DNA of 64,000 nt, taken from contig JAQUOD010000002.1 in the NCBI GenBank assembly GCA_028717245.1, positions 76,772 to 140,771 on the forward strand. Direction: 5' to 3'. This document shows positions 36,301 to 51,300 of this stretch, piece by piece (position 1 is the stretch's first letter; the number at the start of each line of letters is the position of its first letter). The DNA is from Candidatus Omnitrophota bacterium (GTDB lineage: Bacteria > Omnitrophota > Gorgyraeia > Gygaellales > Profunditerraquicolaceae). The notes under the pieces are model-generated. The model saw only the letters and a program-made list of their open reading frames with translations, did no database searches and was not told the origin of the DNA. A program made the position numbers and the translations under genes.

Positions 36301-39300
36301 ACACTCAACACCCAGCGCAATAACCCCGAAGCCATTAACAAAGCCAAGACAGAAATTTCCCGGCTCAAAGACTTAGCCACCACCCTTAAAGAAGGCTTAA
36401 GCTTCATCTCAGCCTTACCTCCTGATGTCCAAACCAGAGGCACCGGCATCATCACTGACCTGAATATCCAGCTCAATACACTCAACACCAAGCGCAATAA
36501 CCCCGAAGCCATTAACAAAGCCAAGACAGAAATCTCCCGGCTCAAAGACTTACTCACTACTTTTAAAGAAGGCATTAGCTTCATCGCTGCCCTGCCTCCC
36601 GATGTCCGACAAACCAGAGGCGCCGGCATCATCACTGACCTGAATATTCAGCTCAACACACTCAACACCAAGCGCAATAACCCCGAAGCCATCAACATAG
36701 CCAGGGAAAAAATCTCCCGGTTAAAAAATTTACTTACTAACCTTAAAGAAGAACTTCGGTCAGGACAAAATGTAGATAAGGCAAAAGAATCTCCAAAGCC
36801 TGCTGCGGCCAAAGAAGGCGAAGCTACTGGTAAGCCTGCCGGAGCTGCAACATCTACTGCTACGGAAGGTGAGCCAGCTGGTACTGTGCCTGGTCAAGGA
36901 GCAGCTACCGGAGCAAATAATGCAGGGACAACCGGAACTACGCAAGGGCCAACAATTAATCAGCAGGCAGCTGCAGACCTTGAAGCCGAGTTATCTGAAA
37001 TCCTAAGGGATTCTTTGGCCGGAGCGCAGCCCCATGCGCCGCCAATTGTCAACATAAAGAAAGGTAATAAGCTGGAGATAATTTTGGGCACTCCTAAACT
37101 TACTAAGCAGCAACAGAAAGAGATAAGGCGTTTAATCATAGACAAGGTAATTCAGATTCAACTTCAGGATGAACAGGGCAGGTTTGTCTCTGTTGCGCCA
37201 GCAAATATTACCCTAAGGTTCGCCAGTATTCATTTCGAGTTTAAACTCAATAAACTTCCTCCTGCAACCTATCAGGCAGTAAAGCTAATATTCGAAGGCT
37301 ATGAATACGTTCACCGGTTCATTCCTCCTCTTTTCATTGGTAAAGCAACTAAAGAGCCCTCTCAACCAGTTGATTCAACCGGAAAATCTACTGAACAGCC
37401 AACAGATACCTCCGATAAGTCAAAGCCAGCGGAAATAAAACAACAAGCTCCATTTATAGCGGAGCTATTTAAGAATATTATCACAGTAGCTATTATATTT
37501 ATTACTTCGCCGCTCCTGTTTCTAGCCCTACTTTTTATAGCTTTAGTAAGCCTAGAGGCATTTAATACAGTTACCGATATAGTTATAGCGATTCCTTGGA
37601 ATATTTTTACAGCACTTGCTAACAAAACTAAACATACACCAAAGCCGCCAAAAGATCCCAGTGATTCCATTTCTTCCTTACAAGACAAACGCTCACCCGA
37701 AGATATCCAGAACTACAGGGCAAGAGTTGCCAAGGCTAGGAAAGAAGGCAGATTATTCAATATCACTCAGGATAATATCATCCAGCAGGCAGCGGATTTA
37801 TTAAGGGGTAAAGTCGTATTATTGCCGGGCGGCTTTGAGACATTGGATATCTCAGATGCCCTCAGCTCAAAACAAATCTTCTGGATTTCTGAGCCAGCGC
37901 GCGGCCCGCCTGATGCCTTTGCCGAAGGTAACGAAATTTATGTATTCTTACACGAAGGCCAATTAACAGCTATTGAGTTAGCTGGTGATTTGCTCCACGA
38001 AGCAGTTGAACTCCACCTTATAAAGAATGGCGTTGAGCCAAAACAAGCCTGCGAATTTGCTACTGAAATACACAAAAACTTTGCTGACCAAAACCAGAAA
38101 CCCCAAGCACCGAATTCAGGAAATAAAGAAAAATTTGATGGAGTGGATATTAGCATAAAGAAGATGCAGGAAGTAGTAAGGGGGGTATTTAGTAGTGGTT
38201 GGGAAATAGGAAGGATTATTGTCAGTGCCTTTATACCTGAGCAGGCAAAGGTTCTAGAAGAAAGTATTGGGCCTAAAGTATTCCCTCAAACCAAGGCAAA
38301 AGCACCTACTTTCATTAAAGGCAACCCTGATCCCGAAGGAGGCAGAGGTAATGGTATGGCTACCATTGCAGCCGGAAGAGCGGCATTCAAGGAGATGATA
38401 GAAGAGATTAAGTTAGCCAGAAGCAAATACAGCCTCTTAGAGCTTATTAGGCATGCTAGTGAGATTACGCATTCTGGCAGTACTATAAATGAAGCCATAG
38501 TAGGTTCCTCTATGGTATTACACAGTGGTGGCGAGGCCAAAAGGAACCACGCCCACGGCCCAGCTGGTGGCGGCAAGATTAACGCCGTATTACCCGGTGG
38601 AAGGTTATATGAGATGTTGAGCGTAATTATGGTTAACTTGGCAGGGATGGCAGGAGATTATCCTTTGTTTGGTAATATCTTTGGTGATGCGCTCATTTGT
38701 TTTGATCCCGACAACATAGGCGGGATGGTAAGAGAAGCGCTCGAGAGAGGTGACTCAGTGTTGCTATTAAGGAAGATATCATATCTTGAAGCTCCCAAAT
38801 ACGGCGTGGCAGTATTAGACAATGAAGGCAGGATAGTGAAGTTTGTGGAGAAGCCAGGTGACCACTTTAAGTTTTCAGGGGCAGACTTAGAGAAACCTGA
38901 GAATCGGAAGAAGTTGCTTGATTATCTTAAGGAGATAGGAGTGCTTATGCGTGGCACCGAGGATAGCAAAGAGCCTTTGGTATTGATGAACCCTGCCTTT
39001 ATGTTGAATGGCCTATACGACATCTTGGCAATGCTTTATCTGGCAGGTTTAATTAATAAAGAAGGCAACCTTGAGATAGATCAGAATGGAAAGATTAACT
39101 TGCAGGCCGATAGTGTGTTAGAAAGAGCCTGCGTCTATAAGATTCCCATTGATACCTATGGTGACTTGATTCCTGCCAAGACTGCGGGCAGGGGGGAATA
39201 TATTGCTGCACGCATAGGTGGTACGGTCAGAAGAATTGCTGATAAAGGTGTAGCAAAAGAAGAGGCAAAGCAGAAAGCGGAGCAATTTTGGTCAGATATA

Positions 39301-42300
39301 CACGCTGCTATGAATGGCGAGGTATTTGCTGAGAAGTTTAGCAGAGGCAGGTTAGTGGGTATTCCCATAGACAGCTACTGGGGCGATACCGGTGCTAAAG
39401 ACACCGAGTTAAATATGCTCTTAGGCGAAGGCAATGAGGGAAACTTGGTAGCGAAAGCCAATGAATTTCCTAGCCGCAGAGACGCCCAGGTGGCGGGTCA
39501 CTTAGGCGAAGGAGGCAGGGTTTATGAATCAGAGGTTTATGCTCAGGGTCAGCAAGAAAGCTTTAAGCTACCTGAACAGGCAGTTGTCTGTGATGCCTAT
39601 TTGGGTGAGGATGTAAGACTCTATATGCAAAACAGGTCAATGATAATAAATGTGGGTGCCAAGAGCGGTATTATCTCAGTCTTTGGTAATTGGAGATTTT
39701 ACTATGACTGGACAAAATTTGATCCTGTTGGAGTAGTGGAATACAATGAAGATAATCCGAACCAAGATGCATGGGCAAGTGAAAGTTTAAGTTTATTTAT
39801 GGTAAGAGCATATGAGCATTATAAGGAAAAAGAACAAATTAATGTGGGTCTGGCTAAATTCTTGGAATTAATATTTGGCAAGGATTTATTACAACCTGAC
39901 AAAGCCAGAATCTATCCTAATCCCGAAAAGATGGAGAAGACTCAGTACGATGAGATTATAGAATGGTTACGTCGTCACGAAATCTCCCCTCCGCCTGAGG
40001 CGTGGTTAAAGGCGCTTGGTTCAGACAAACTGGTTACTCAGGATAAAACAAGAGAAGAAGAACGCATTAATTTAGGTAAAGAAGAATTGGTAGACTGGAT
40101 AGCAGCTGTAGCAAAGACTAATAACTTTGGCCTCGGTAAGATATGGGACATAAATACCTACACTGCTAAGCTATATCCCGAGGTGCCTAGGGGTGAGGTG
40201 GGTAGAGAAGACACAAAGGATAACAGGATAAACTGGCAGGAATTCGATGCCACAATGAGGTGGCTACAGACTCAAATAGAAGAACCTCCTGTGGCTTGGC
40301 TAAGATTATTATTAAACAACAAGCTTCACTCTATGGGAGAAAATTCAGCTCAGGCAGACCAGGAAGCAGTGTTTGAACACCTAATTGGTGGCGGAAAAAA
40401 GAGCGGAAACAATCAGCCGCAAGCCACCGGACCTACCCTGCCTATCGAAGATGCCAAACAAAAAATTGAACAGAAAAATCAAGGTCCCGCCTCCAGCTCT
40501 TCCTTACAGGGTAAGCACTCTTCCCAAGACATCCAGGACTACAGGGCGAGAGTTACTAAGGCCAAATCTGAAGGTAGATTATTCAACATCACTCAGGATA
40601 ACATCGCCCAACAGGCAGCGGATTTATTAAGGGGTAAAGTTGTATTATTGCCGGGCGGCTTAAGGACGCTGGATATCTTAGACGTCCTCGCCGCAAAGCA
40701 AATCTTCTGGATTTCTGAACCGCAGCGCGGCCCGCCTGATGGCTTTGCCGAAGGCAATGAAATTTATCTCTTTCTACATCAGGACGATTTAGCCGCATTA
40801 GAGTTAGCCGCATGTTTACTCCACGAAGTAATTGAGTTGCACCTTATTAAGAATGGCATTGAGCCAAAACAGGCCTGCGCATTTGCTGCTCAAATATGCG
40901 AGAAATTTATAGAAGATGTCCGCAACGCGCGAGGCTCTATAAAATTGCAACCCACTGCCTCCAGCTCCCGCAGAGGCCGCCTCTCCCACGATGACCATTT
41001 AAGGGTTAATGCCGAGATAGAAGTAGCTCAGATGGAATTCCGCGGTTGCCTGCTCTCCGGGACAATTGATGGTTGGCAGATGCCCTTCTGTCAGCAAGAC
41101 CCACAGCTCTACTATACTGCCAGAGAACTCACCCAAGGCTTAGTGGCTAAATTGCCCCAGGTCTTAGGGCAGATAGACATTTACGAAATCCTCAAAGCAG
41201 CTAACGTAATCCTGGTTGTTAACCGTAACCGCTCACCCGGAGATATTGACGATCACATTGGCGAAAAGCGTAACTCTATCTATATTCTTGTTCATTCGGA
41301 AGAAGAATTCCTGAACCTCGCCGCACCGGAATTAGCCGCCATTCTTGCCCACGGGGCAATAGAGCTCGCCACCAAAGAACACGCCTTGAAGAAGGGCATT
41401 GCCTGGGATGATATAGCAGATGAGGCCCATCTAGAGGCGCAAGCCTTCGAAGAAAGCAACCGCGAAATCCTCTCCCATAGATACAACCGCATGTTGATGA
41501 AAATCGATATGCAGGCCGCCTTCAAAGAGGGCTGGCGTATAAAGCGCATCTTCCAGACCGCCTTTAATAAAATCCAGGCTGCTATGTATGCCTCTCAAAT
41601 TAATCCTGAAGATTATCCCAGAGACACTAAAGTTATCCCTGTGGCAGACCCAGAAACTTACAGGAGGGGAGCCAGGGTGCGCGGTAATGGCATTGCTAAT
41701 TTAGGTATCATCAGGGCCTTAGCAGAAGAATTAATTAAAGAGCTAAACTTAGCTCCCGGCACATATAATTTGATAGATTTATTGGGTAACAGCCTAACCG
41801 TCGGTTTACACGGCGGTGGGCAATCCTCTCGTAATCCCAAATATACCCAGATCGGCAAGTTCAATGGTTATCTGCCTATAAAGAGTTTGAATAAAAACCT
41901 CCCCGCCACATTGCAAGAAGAACTCTTGGTTCCCGCTGCAGTATTAAGCCAGATTTATCCTGAGAATATGCCGGCCTACATCAATACTTATGGCGATGCC
42001 CTGATTACCTTTAATCCCGGTATGGTTAAGCAAATTATTAGTTCTAGTCCTGAGATGGTCAACGGGATGATGGTCTTTGTAAGAAAAGTTCCCGCTAGAG
42101 AGTCGCCTTGCTGGGGAACAGCTAGCGTAGCGTCTAATCTACGCATAGTGCAATTCATAGAAAAACCTTTGGGAGATACAGGGGAGGTAGTCAACGGCAT
42201 TATCAGAGTAAATAAAGAAAAGTTTGTCATAGACGAAGATTTAGATAAAGCCAAAGATATTTTAAGAAATAAATATAAGGTATTGGTTGACGACGAATAC

Positions 42301-45300
42301 ATCCTCATGAATACTGCCTTTGCTGTCTTGGGGCCGCTAGCCTTAGTGCGCTGGGCGATCTTAGCCGGCATTGATGTAGACATAGATGGCAAATTTACCG
42401 TTATCGAACAAGGCAAAGTCCCCTATAACAAAAATAGTTTCTATGATAAAGCCCTAACTTATGGCGCAAATGTGGACACCTTCGGTGACCTGGTGCCTCC
42501 TATGAGCGAGAACGTAAACATACTTGAGTTTATCTTTAGAGGCAACGTAAAGCAGATAGAAGATGCCAAGAAGAAATTCAATGCCTCAAGCCTCTCCATA
42601 TTAGAAGATATCCAAACCAGGCTACATGGCCTGCGCGAAGGCTTCAATGGAAAGACAATCTCCTTGAATGAGTTAGGCCAGGAACTTGAAAAGTTAGCTA
42701 AATCCCTGGAAAAGAGATTTACAGAGGCACAGGAGGTAAACGATATTCAGGCGTTAGATACCTGTTTATCTAATGTAACCCAGATTTTAATGCGCCAGAT
42801 ATTGGCTGAAGTCTTACGCCATCCGGGCGCAGGCTCTAATCTTTGGGCAATTCCCATAGAAGGCGACTGGCTGGATACAGGTAGGACCATAGAAGAATCT
42901 CAGATTATCTTAGGCCAGGGCCAGGCGAATAAGGAGTTAGGTTTAATCTTTGGTTTTGAGCAATCGATTGCGTCTAAGTCTAACGTTACAAGCCATAGCT
43001 ACGCCAGTATCATTGAAGCCGGCCCCGATTCACACATTGCTCCGGACTCCATACAGATTGCCTCATACCTTAACGGAAGAATTCAATTAGACAGCGAATC
43101 TCAGGCCCACATGGTAAATTGGAGAGGAGACTTGCATCTTTATCCGCAGGTAGTAATGTCTGAGGCGCCCATATTACATAAAGATAAAGGTGAAGATAGA
43201 AGTAAAGATAAAAGCTGGATAGTGCATTTACTCTGGAGCCTGCAGGATGGAGAAACTAACAAAATCACTACCCATATGAACCGCTCCTTAGAAGAGTGGC
43301 TTAGCGCCTTGGGTATTGATATGAATAAGATTTGGGCCCCTGGCGCAGCACATATGTTAACCACTGCCAGAATTTTCCCGGGCCTTAGCCAGCAGGTCTT
43401 GGAACAAGGAAAGCCAATTGACAACCTTGATAGAGAACTCTATGAGTCCATGTATGAAATCTGGGGTTTCTTACAAGGCCATACTTCTCCTGCACCTGAA
43501 GCCTGGAAGAAAGCCTTAGAACAAGAGCGCCTATTCTCTATGACTGATGTCTATAACGAACCCGCTACTGAACTATTGCAGCAGAGGAGACAGAAGTTAA
43601 TAGAGGAATTAAAACAAAAAATTGACCAAGAAAATTCAGGCATCGCCTCCAGCTCAAGCCAGATACCCTTAGGCTGGCTCTATGATGCAATAGAGGATGA
43701 ATACTACAACCCCGCCAATCCCACTATCCGAGGCAAAATAGTAAATGGCGAATTTGGAGTATATGGGGGAGGCCTGCCTTCACAGGATTGGCTGCATATC
43801 CGCCAGAACGCCAAAGAAGGATTTAAGCTTCCTACCAGCGTATATCTGTCAATATATGACCAAGAGCAGAAGAACGCTTTTAAAGAATACTTTAAGGTCT
43901 ATAACTGGCCTAACAATACAATATTCGATGAAGGTACCATTGTCATTGATGAAAAGGTGCCGGCTGAGGTAAAGCAAAGACTGCCAAAAATAGTAGTAAA
44001 AGGTAATGGCTTAGGCATCTTAAGCGTGATCAGGGCAGATATCAATAGATTGGCAAAAGAATGGAATCTTGCGGATGGAGATTACTCATTAGAAACTCTC
44101 CTTAGGCAACATAAGCCGCACAGCGTGGTAGTAACCGCAGGCGGTCAGGCCCAGCGTAATCCTAAATACACCCAGATAGGAAAGATTTTAGCCACCTTGC
44201 CTATTGAAAGTAAATCTAAGGGTCAGCCTTCCTATATTTTGGAGTCGCTCTTAGATATCTCTATCAACATCGAGCACAACTACCAGGACAGCTTTATGTT
44301 TGCCGTAATCTACGGCGATTCCCTGATCACCTTTAACCCTGAGCAGATGCAGGAATACTTCGCCCAGCATTCAGCGGTAAAAGAAGGCCTCTCCTGCCTA
44401 TTCTTGAAGATGGGCTATAAAGAATGTGAAAGATACGGCTTCGGAAAATTAGCAGAAGGCAGTCTAAAAGTAGAGGTATTCATAGAAAAATATGACGACT
44501 TCCAGAAAAGATACAGCCTGCAAAAAGCCAGTACCCCCGATGAGATGAAAGAGCAGCTTAAAGGAAAGGGAGCTTTGGTGGATGGCGAATGCATCTTAAT
44601 GAATCCTGCCTTCTCTGTCATAGGAATCAAGGCCTTCTTAGGTTATACGCAGCTGGCAGGGATTGTTGATCAGCAGGGGACGATGACGATTGAATCAGGT
44701 GAAGTGAAATACACAACGGATAATTATTTAGATAAAGTATTAAACGGAAGGGAAGGTGAAAGTGTAGACATAGATAATTTTGGCAAGATTGTCCCCAGCT
44801 TTGCTACCCAAACCCAGGACACCCCTATTACCAGAATACTTAAAGACTGCCAGGGCCTGCTTTACGCTGTCCCTGTGGAAGGGGTATGGTTCGATACAGG
44901 AGGGATAAAACAGGAGCGGGATATCTCCTTGCAGGATGCTGCCTATAGCGAAATCATCAGCACTTATGGATTAAGGCCTTCAATTAACAGCGCATTAACC
45001 GTTGCTGGACAAAGAATATCCAAGGATTATAGCTACAATTGCCGCATTGAAGCCGAAAGAGGAAACATCCATCCTAAGAGCCTGCAGATTAACAGCGTAG
45101 TAAGGGCTTCTGAGATTATCTTAGAAGAAGACTCACAGCTTTATAACGTGCTCTTAGAGAATATACCAAGCTTAAGATTATATAAAGATTACATCTTCAT
45201 TGAGGCAGCAGCAAAGATAAATGACCGGGATTTTATCGTGCCGATTGTCTGGAACCAAGCCACTGATGACGTCAAGAAAGATTCCTTTGCCGGAAAGAAG

Positions 45301-48300
45301 CTCCAAGAGTGGGCGCAAGATTATGGTATGCGCATTCAAAATCAAGGCAGCCTCTTTACCGCAAGGCTCTTCCCTGGGATTAGCCCCATGCTTTTAGAAG
45401 AAGGGAGAGCCACTGATGACTTAGATAGAGAACTGCTTAATGACTTACCGCAAATCTTAGAATTCTTACAGCAGAAGATTAAGTCACCGCCAGAATCCTA
45501 TAAACGGGCACTCGCAGAAAGAAGAGTTGCTTCATTCGAAGACACCTACAAGAATCCAGCTTCTAAAATCTTTGTAGAAAGAAGAAAGAAGATCCGGCAA
45601 GCAACCCAGATACCTTTAGGCTGGGTTTATGACAAAGTAAGAGATGACTACTACAACCCCGCTAACCCCAGCATCAGAGGCAAGATAGTAAATGGCGAAT
45701 TTGGGGTATATGGGGGCGGTCTGCCTGCTAAGGAAGTTGTCTTTACCGATGGGAATAAGATTAACTGGCAGGCTCCGGTTATTATTGCTCACGGAATGAA
45801 AAACATAGAACAAGCAAAAGAGGCCATGGCTCAAGGCGCAAAGATACTTGAAATAGATACACAGCTTACCAAGGATGGCAGACTTGTTGCTTGGTGGGGC
45901 AAAGTAAATACCAAAGATGGAGAAAGGTTTGTATATGAGCTAACAAAAGAAGAGATTGACGGTATCTTGGGCATAAAAACACTCGATGTGGAAGAATTAT
46001 TTAAGCTGGTCAGCGGTAAAGGGGTTGGTTTATTATTAGATACGAAAGACTGGGCAAGGGATATACCGGGTTATACCGATACTTTTATAAATAAACTTGC
46101 AGAGATTATTACGGCTTACCATATGGAGGGCTACATCTTTAGTTCGTCTTTCGGAGATTACCCCACCCTATTAAAGAAAATTGTGCCTAAGGTTCTTGCG
46201 GGGATAGGCATCCATAATTCTGAGAAAACAGTTAAGGTATTAGATAGATATATTAAAAATGCTAAATTATCGGGCTGTTCTGTAGTGGGGGCATATGGTA
46301 AAGAATTAACTGATGAGTTGATTGATAAAATACATAATGAAGGGTTATTAGTTGTTACGGGCTGGGCCGATTTAGATGGAAAGTTAATTTCTAAGGTTGA
46401 TTTAATCTGGGCAGATGATTATAGAGGAGCAGCGCGGGCCATCGGATCCGGCAGGATCAATAATGCCCTTGAACTGCAAAACATACCTTTGGAATTGGAG
46501 GCGCTTCTCACTAACCTAAAAGACTTAGGCGCATTTTTGGATAATGCAGGCGCAAGGCTGCAAATTGCAGGTTATTCTATTGACCCTCAAATACCCATCT
46601 GTATCGAAACCTTCTCTTTAGTTATTTTAGGTTATCTTGCAGGCCAGCTCTTTAGAGCAAGGCAAGATTCTGATACTATTGCTTACCTATATATGCTCTC
46701 TTATTTGAGAAGCCTCCCTATTGAAAAACGCCGCCCAGTAGTTGAGGAGCTAGGCGCATTAGGAAACAAGCTCTTTAGAGAGGTCAACTTAGACTTGGAT
46801 GAAGTAATTATAAATAACCCCAGTTTGAAAGATTTAGTCCTTCTAAGGGATAGAGTAGTCAGCCGCACCAGGGCATTACGTATTGCTGTGGAGACCGCAG
46901 GCCTTAATATGGAGGACTTAGAATTAATAACCGGGCATACAGATTTACTCAAGGTGGCCTTAGGCTTACGCCCGGCAGCCCGAATAGAAAATAACTACAC
47001 TCGAGAAGAATTAGAGCGCCTCAAAACATTACTTAATGTCTTTGACCATATTGAAGGCGCAGCCATAAATATCATTAGCTTAGTTGATGGTAGTCTCTAT
47101 GCTTATGATGAATATCAAACTAAGCTAACAGCTTTCAATTTAGATAATCACAAAAAGTCCGCGCTCTCTTTGACCAACGAAGGAGTAGAGCATTTAATCC
47201 GTCTGCATATGGCCAAGGCGCGTGGCGAATTCTACGCTTTAGCCGCGCAGGCATCTGCCATAGACGAAGCTCTTATTAATTTCTTAATCAGCAATATCGC
47301 TTTACCTCTATTGACTATGCATCAGTTCGATAAATTAACCCGTTGGGATATGGAGAAACGTATCTGGCGCTCTGCCGGTTTAGGCAGCCGTTTCTATGAG
47401 CTGGAGCGGCCTAATGTGGATGTCGTAGCTATGGCTACCATAGACAGACCAACAGCTGCCGTAAATCAGATTGAGACAGAACTGGAGAACTGGAGAATAT
47501 TTAATCGCCGCCCAGTATTTATATTAATTGATGACTCAGGCGTAACCCGTCCCGGGAGACCCGCCTCACCTAACTACAACCTGGATACCAACCGTAAGAA
47601 CATTACCTGCTTGCATGATACCTACGGCGATAGCTTTGTGCATTTAACCTACGAAAACAGGGATAGCGACCAGCAAGCTTGGGCATTGGGCACTTTAGAA
47701 CACCTTGAAGCAAAACTTAAAGCAGAAACCCTGGAGCCCGTCTTTATGGCTATCTTAACAGACAATAAACTTTTGGACCAGAACGGCTCAATTAATAGGG
47801 AGGCATTTATTAAGTACATATTCGGTAACATTTTTAAGAACATCTCAGGCGTGCGCAATTACACTTTTTTAAAAGCTTTAGGTTACCGCGTAATGAGTGA
47901 GGATGATGATGCGCCATCCGAAACCTATGTAGTGCTGCCTGAAGAATTAGAAAGTATCAGAGAAAAGAGAGAGGTTTTACGGGAAGCCGCCATGAACAAA
48001 CTCTTTACTGAGGCATCCGCTATCTTTGCCCAGCCGGTTACTAAAGAAAAAGAGCTATATGCGCTCTGGGCAAAAGAGGCCGACCAGGTAAAACTGGCTA
48101 AACTTGAAGCGTTAGAGAATGCTTACTTTGGTTACAGTGAAGACGGATCAAGCGGGATTATTCCTCAGGCTATGGAGCAGGTGCGTAGATATTCCAGCCA
48201 CTATATGGACCCGCGTTACAGGCGTACACATCAGCGCTATGAGGGGTTAAACCGTCCCAAAGCAGGTTATGATAAAGAAGGCCACATACTTTATAAAGAT

Positions 48301-51300
48301 ATGCCGGAATACTTAGTAGCCATTGATGATTTCTACTACAGGTACAGGCCAGGCCGCATAGAAAAGACGGATGGTAAATCCATGGTCTATCCGGTAAATA
48401 TTATCGGCAGCACAAGAGACTTAGGTAAGAAAGTCAAGGATACCAATTTAAGTGTTTTCTCCAATAGTTTACGCGGCACAGTAGCTATACCCGCAGACTT
48501 ACAGACCGTTATGTCAAGTCAGGATAAGATAATTGAATATATTGCATATCCATTTATCAATGACCATGATACATCAGGTATGGCTCAATTTATCCAATAT
48601 CTCTTAAGCGATACTAAATTCTGGTATGATTTACAGCATACCCACCAGTCAGCTTTAGTGGTTAATTCTATCAGAGGCTATGCTGCCTCAACCTATGTCA
48701 TCTTCAACCGCTCTGTCTTCCAAAACTTTATACCGGGAGTATCTATCGGAAGAGAGCTACGCTTGGAAGAGCCTCCGTATATGCTCTGGGTTAAGTCGCC
48801 TATATTTAACGGTGCACTTATTGTTTCTTTAGGCAAAGTAGCCGGCGCTCAACAGCGCCAGGTAAATGAGCGCAACTACTGTATCAGCCAGCAGGATTAT
48901 ACTGAAATCCTCGGTACTTCAGCAAGGCGTATCTATGAAAAAGCGGTGGAGAATTTCTATAGTTATATGGCGAAGCTACCAGCCAATCATGTGCTTAATA
49001 AAGAAGATAACCATTATGGCCGTTCGCTACTCTTGGGCCAGATGTATATAGAGGAAGCTAAGGCCTTTAAACTTACTCGTCAGGAAACAGAGCAGTTGAA
49101 GGCTGAACGTAACTTCCGCGCTCAGATGGCCACTACATTAGGTATTCAGATAGCGCAGATGCAGAATAGGCTATTGGAAATCCAAAAAGAAGCATTAACT
49201 GAACAAGAAAAAGCCTTGCGCGCCCAGTTCCAGGATATGGTTGCAATTTTGGCGCAGATGGCTGACTATTTTGACTTATGCGAAGTCTCAGACCGCAAGA
49301 AATGGTTACCTAAAGACACTCAGGTTGATTATTTCTATCGCTTGAAGATAGAAGGGAATAAGCTCTTCTTTAAGAAAACCATAGCGCAGCTTATGGTAGA
49401 GAACATTAAAGGCATTGATATTGCTACTGAAGCCAACTGGCTTGATGACAAGGATTGGCAGGAGAGGGACTTTAATCAAATCTCTACCCAAATAAAAGAT
49501 GAACTCTGTGATGCTATCCGGTTTGAAGTTGAACCCGGTCGCTACGTCTTTATAGAGAAGGCACGTTTACCTCAAGATAAAGAAGAATTTATTGCTGTAG
49601 CCGCTCCCAAGGGCTACGAAGATAATTTCATCGAGACCATTGAAAAGAATATTAAAGAATACGTCCAGAAGGACGGCGAGGCTATCGCCCTCTGGGCAAT
49701 ATTGGCTAATGCCGCCCAGAAAAACAAATCTTCCCGCGAGATAGATGATTTACTGGGTAGCAACGCTAACCGTGCTCCGCAGGATATTTATAGAGAGATA
49801 GAAGATACTTCTGTCAAAGCCAGTTTGTGTAAAGAAGAAGCTTCATTGCCCGGGCTGAATTTTGGATTCCATGGATTTGAGATCTCTGAGTCACAAGTTG
49901 GAGGCATTGCTGATGTTTTAGAAGCCTTGCCTGTTGCTGTGTTAAGAGCATATACAACTAACGGAAAGGGCCACGCTGTATATCGAGTAACTCCATATTA
50001 TCGGAATATGAAGACGATGACAGATGCAATTCACTTGAAAGACCTCGAGAAACGAGTTGAAATATTGATTCCTTATCAGGGTAAATCAATAAAAGTTATA
50101 GCCTACAAAAGAATGCTTCCTTCTGGTATTGTAGATTATCTTTTGGTTAGCGATGTGTTTACTGCTCCTTATGAAAAATCAGATGTAACTAAGCCGGAAG
50201 AGGCGCTAAAGGAAGTAGTTGTATTTAATGCTGCCGCTGCGATGTTGATTGTGCTAGGTGAAACTAAACCGGATGTTTTATTTTTGGCAGATTGGCAGAC
50301 ATGCTTATTATTCTCATATTTGTTGGAAAGCATTTCAGAGCCAAGAGCGCTATTGAGGAGGATGGTTGTTCAGGCGCAAGGCAGCCTATTATCAGGAGAA
50401 GAATTGGTGGATAAATTTATCAATTCGGGTAGAGCAGCGCGTATCACGCCGATCCTTTGGATTAATAACGCAGTGTACCTGGGGCAGTTTAAAATATCCG
50501 GTAAAGAAGATTTTGAATTTAAGACAGGGTTAGTTTCCCAGCAGGCTTTTGAGCACGCACGATGGATTACGCCCAAGAGGCCGCAAGACGTATGGGCGGT
50601 TTTGTTAAAACTGGGAGCAGAGACTGTTAATTTTTGTGGCGGACGGCCAATCGCGGTAAGCCAGGACTACGCCAATGATATTATGGGTAAAAACTTGCAA
50701 CAAGGCGGCTGGCCGGGAATATTAAACGTTATTTTTGACAGGATTGGCGTACCAGGTGTTATGAACGGCGCTTCTCCCGGATGGCGTTATATTTGCGATA
50801 TAAAAGAAAAACAACCGGCAAAGCTGCTTCTTCAGGAGCGTTTAGGATTGGAAAAAGGGATTGGCAAGAAGATTGTATTTATGTTAGGCAGGTTAGCTAC
50901 TCAGAAGGGGGTCTCTTTGTTCATCGACGGGAGAGAGCAGATTAAAGAACTACTTAGGGCATATCCTGATATGGAGTTGTTTATCGGTGGCAAACCAGAG
51001 ACAGAATGGGTCCAACCCTTAAGCCGGATAAAAGAAGAGTTAGAAAATGAATTCCCAACCAGGGTGCGCATTATGCCGGGCTTTATTCCGGAAGATTTAA
51101 CGCAGCTTGTTTACAAGGCGGGGGATATGAATTTGTATCCGTCCTTATTTGAGCCGGCAGGTTCATTGTATAAGAATGCTTTAAATATGATAATTACGAT
51201 AGTAAGATTAACAGGAGGCCTTATTGAAAGCGCAGTGCCTATAGAAAACGATAAAGGTAATGCCGTTGTCTTTAAAGATTATACACCTGAAGCTTTTATC

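Noticed and set aside
22489-36750. Tandem repeat arrays as CRISPR arrays
   Set aside because: The units are contiguous with no unique spacers, stay in frame, and encode conserved peptide repeats. They are not CRISPR arrays.
37981-38010. LLHEAVELH / LLHEVIELH in module A as a zincin HExxH site
   Set aside because: The spacing is HExxxxH, not HExxH, so it is not a canonical zinc-binding motif.
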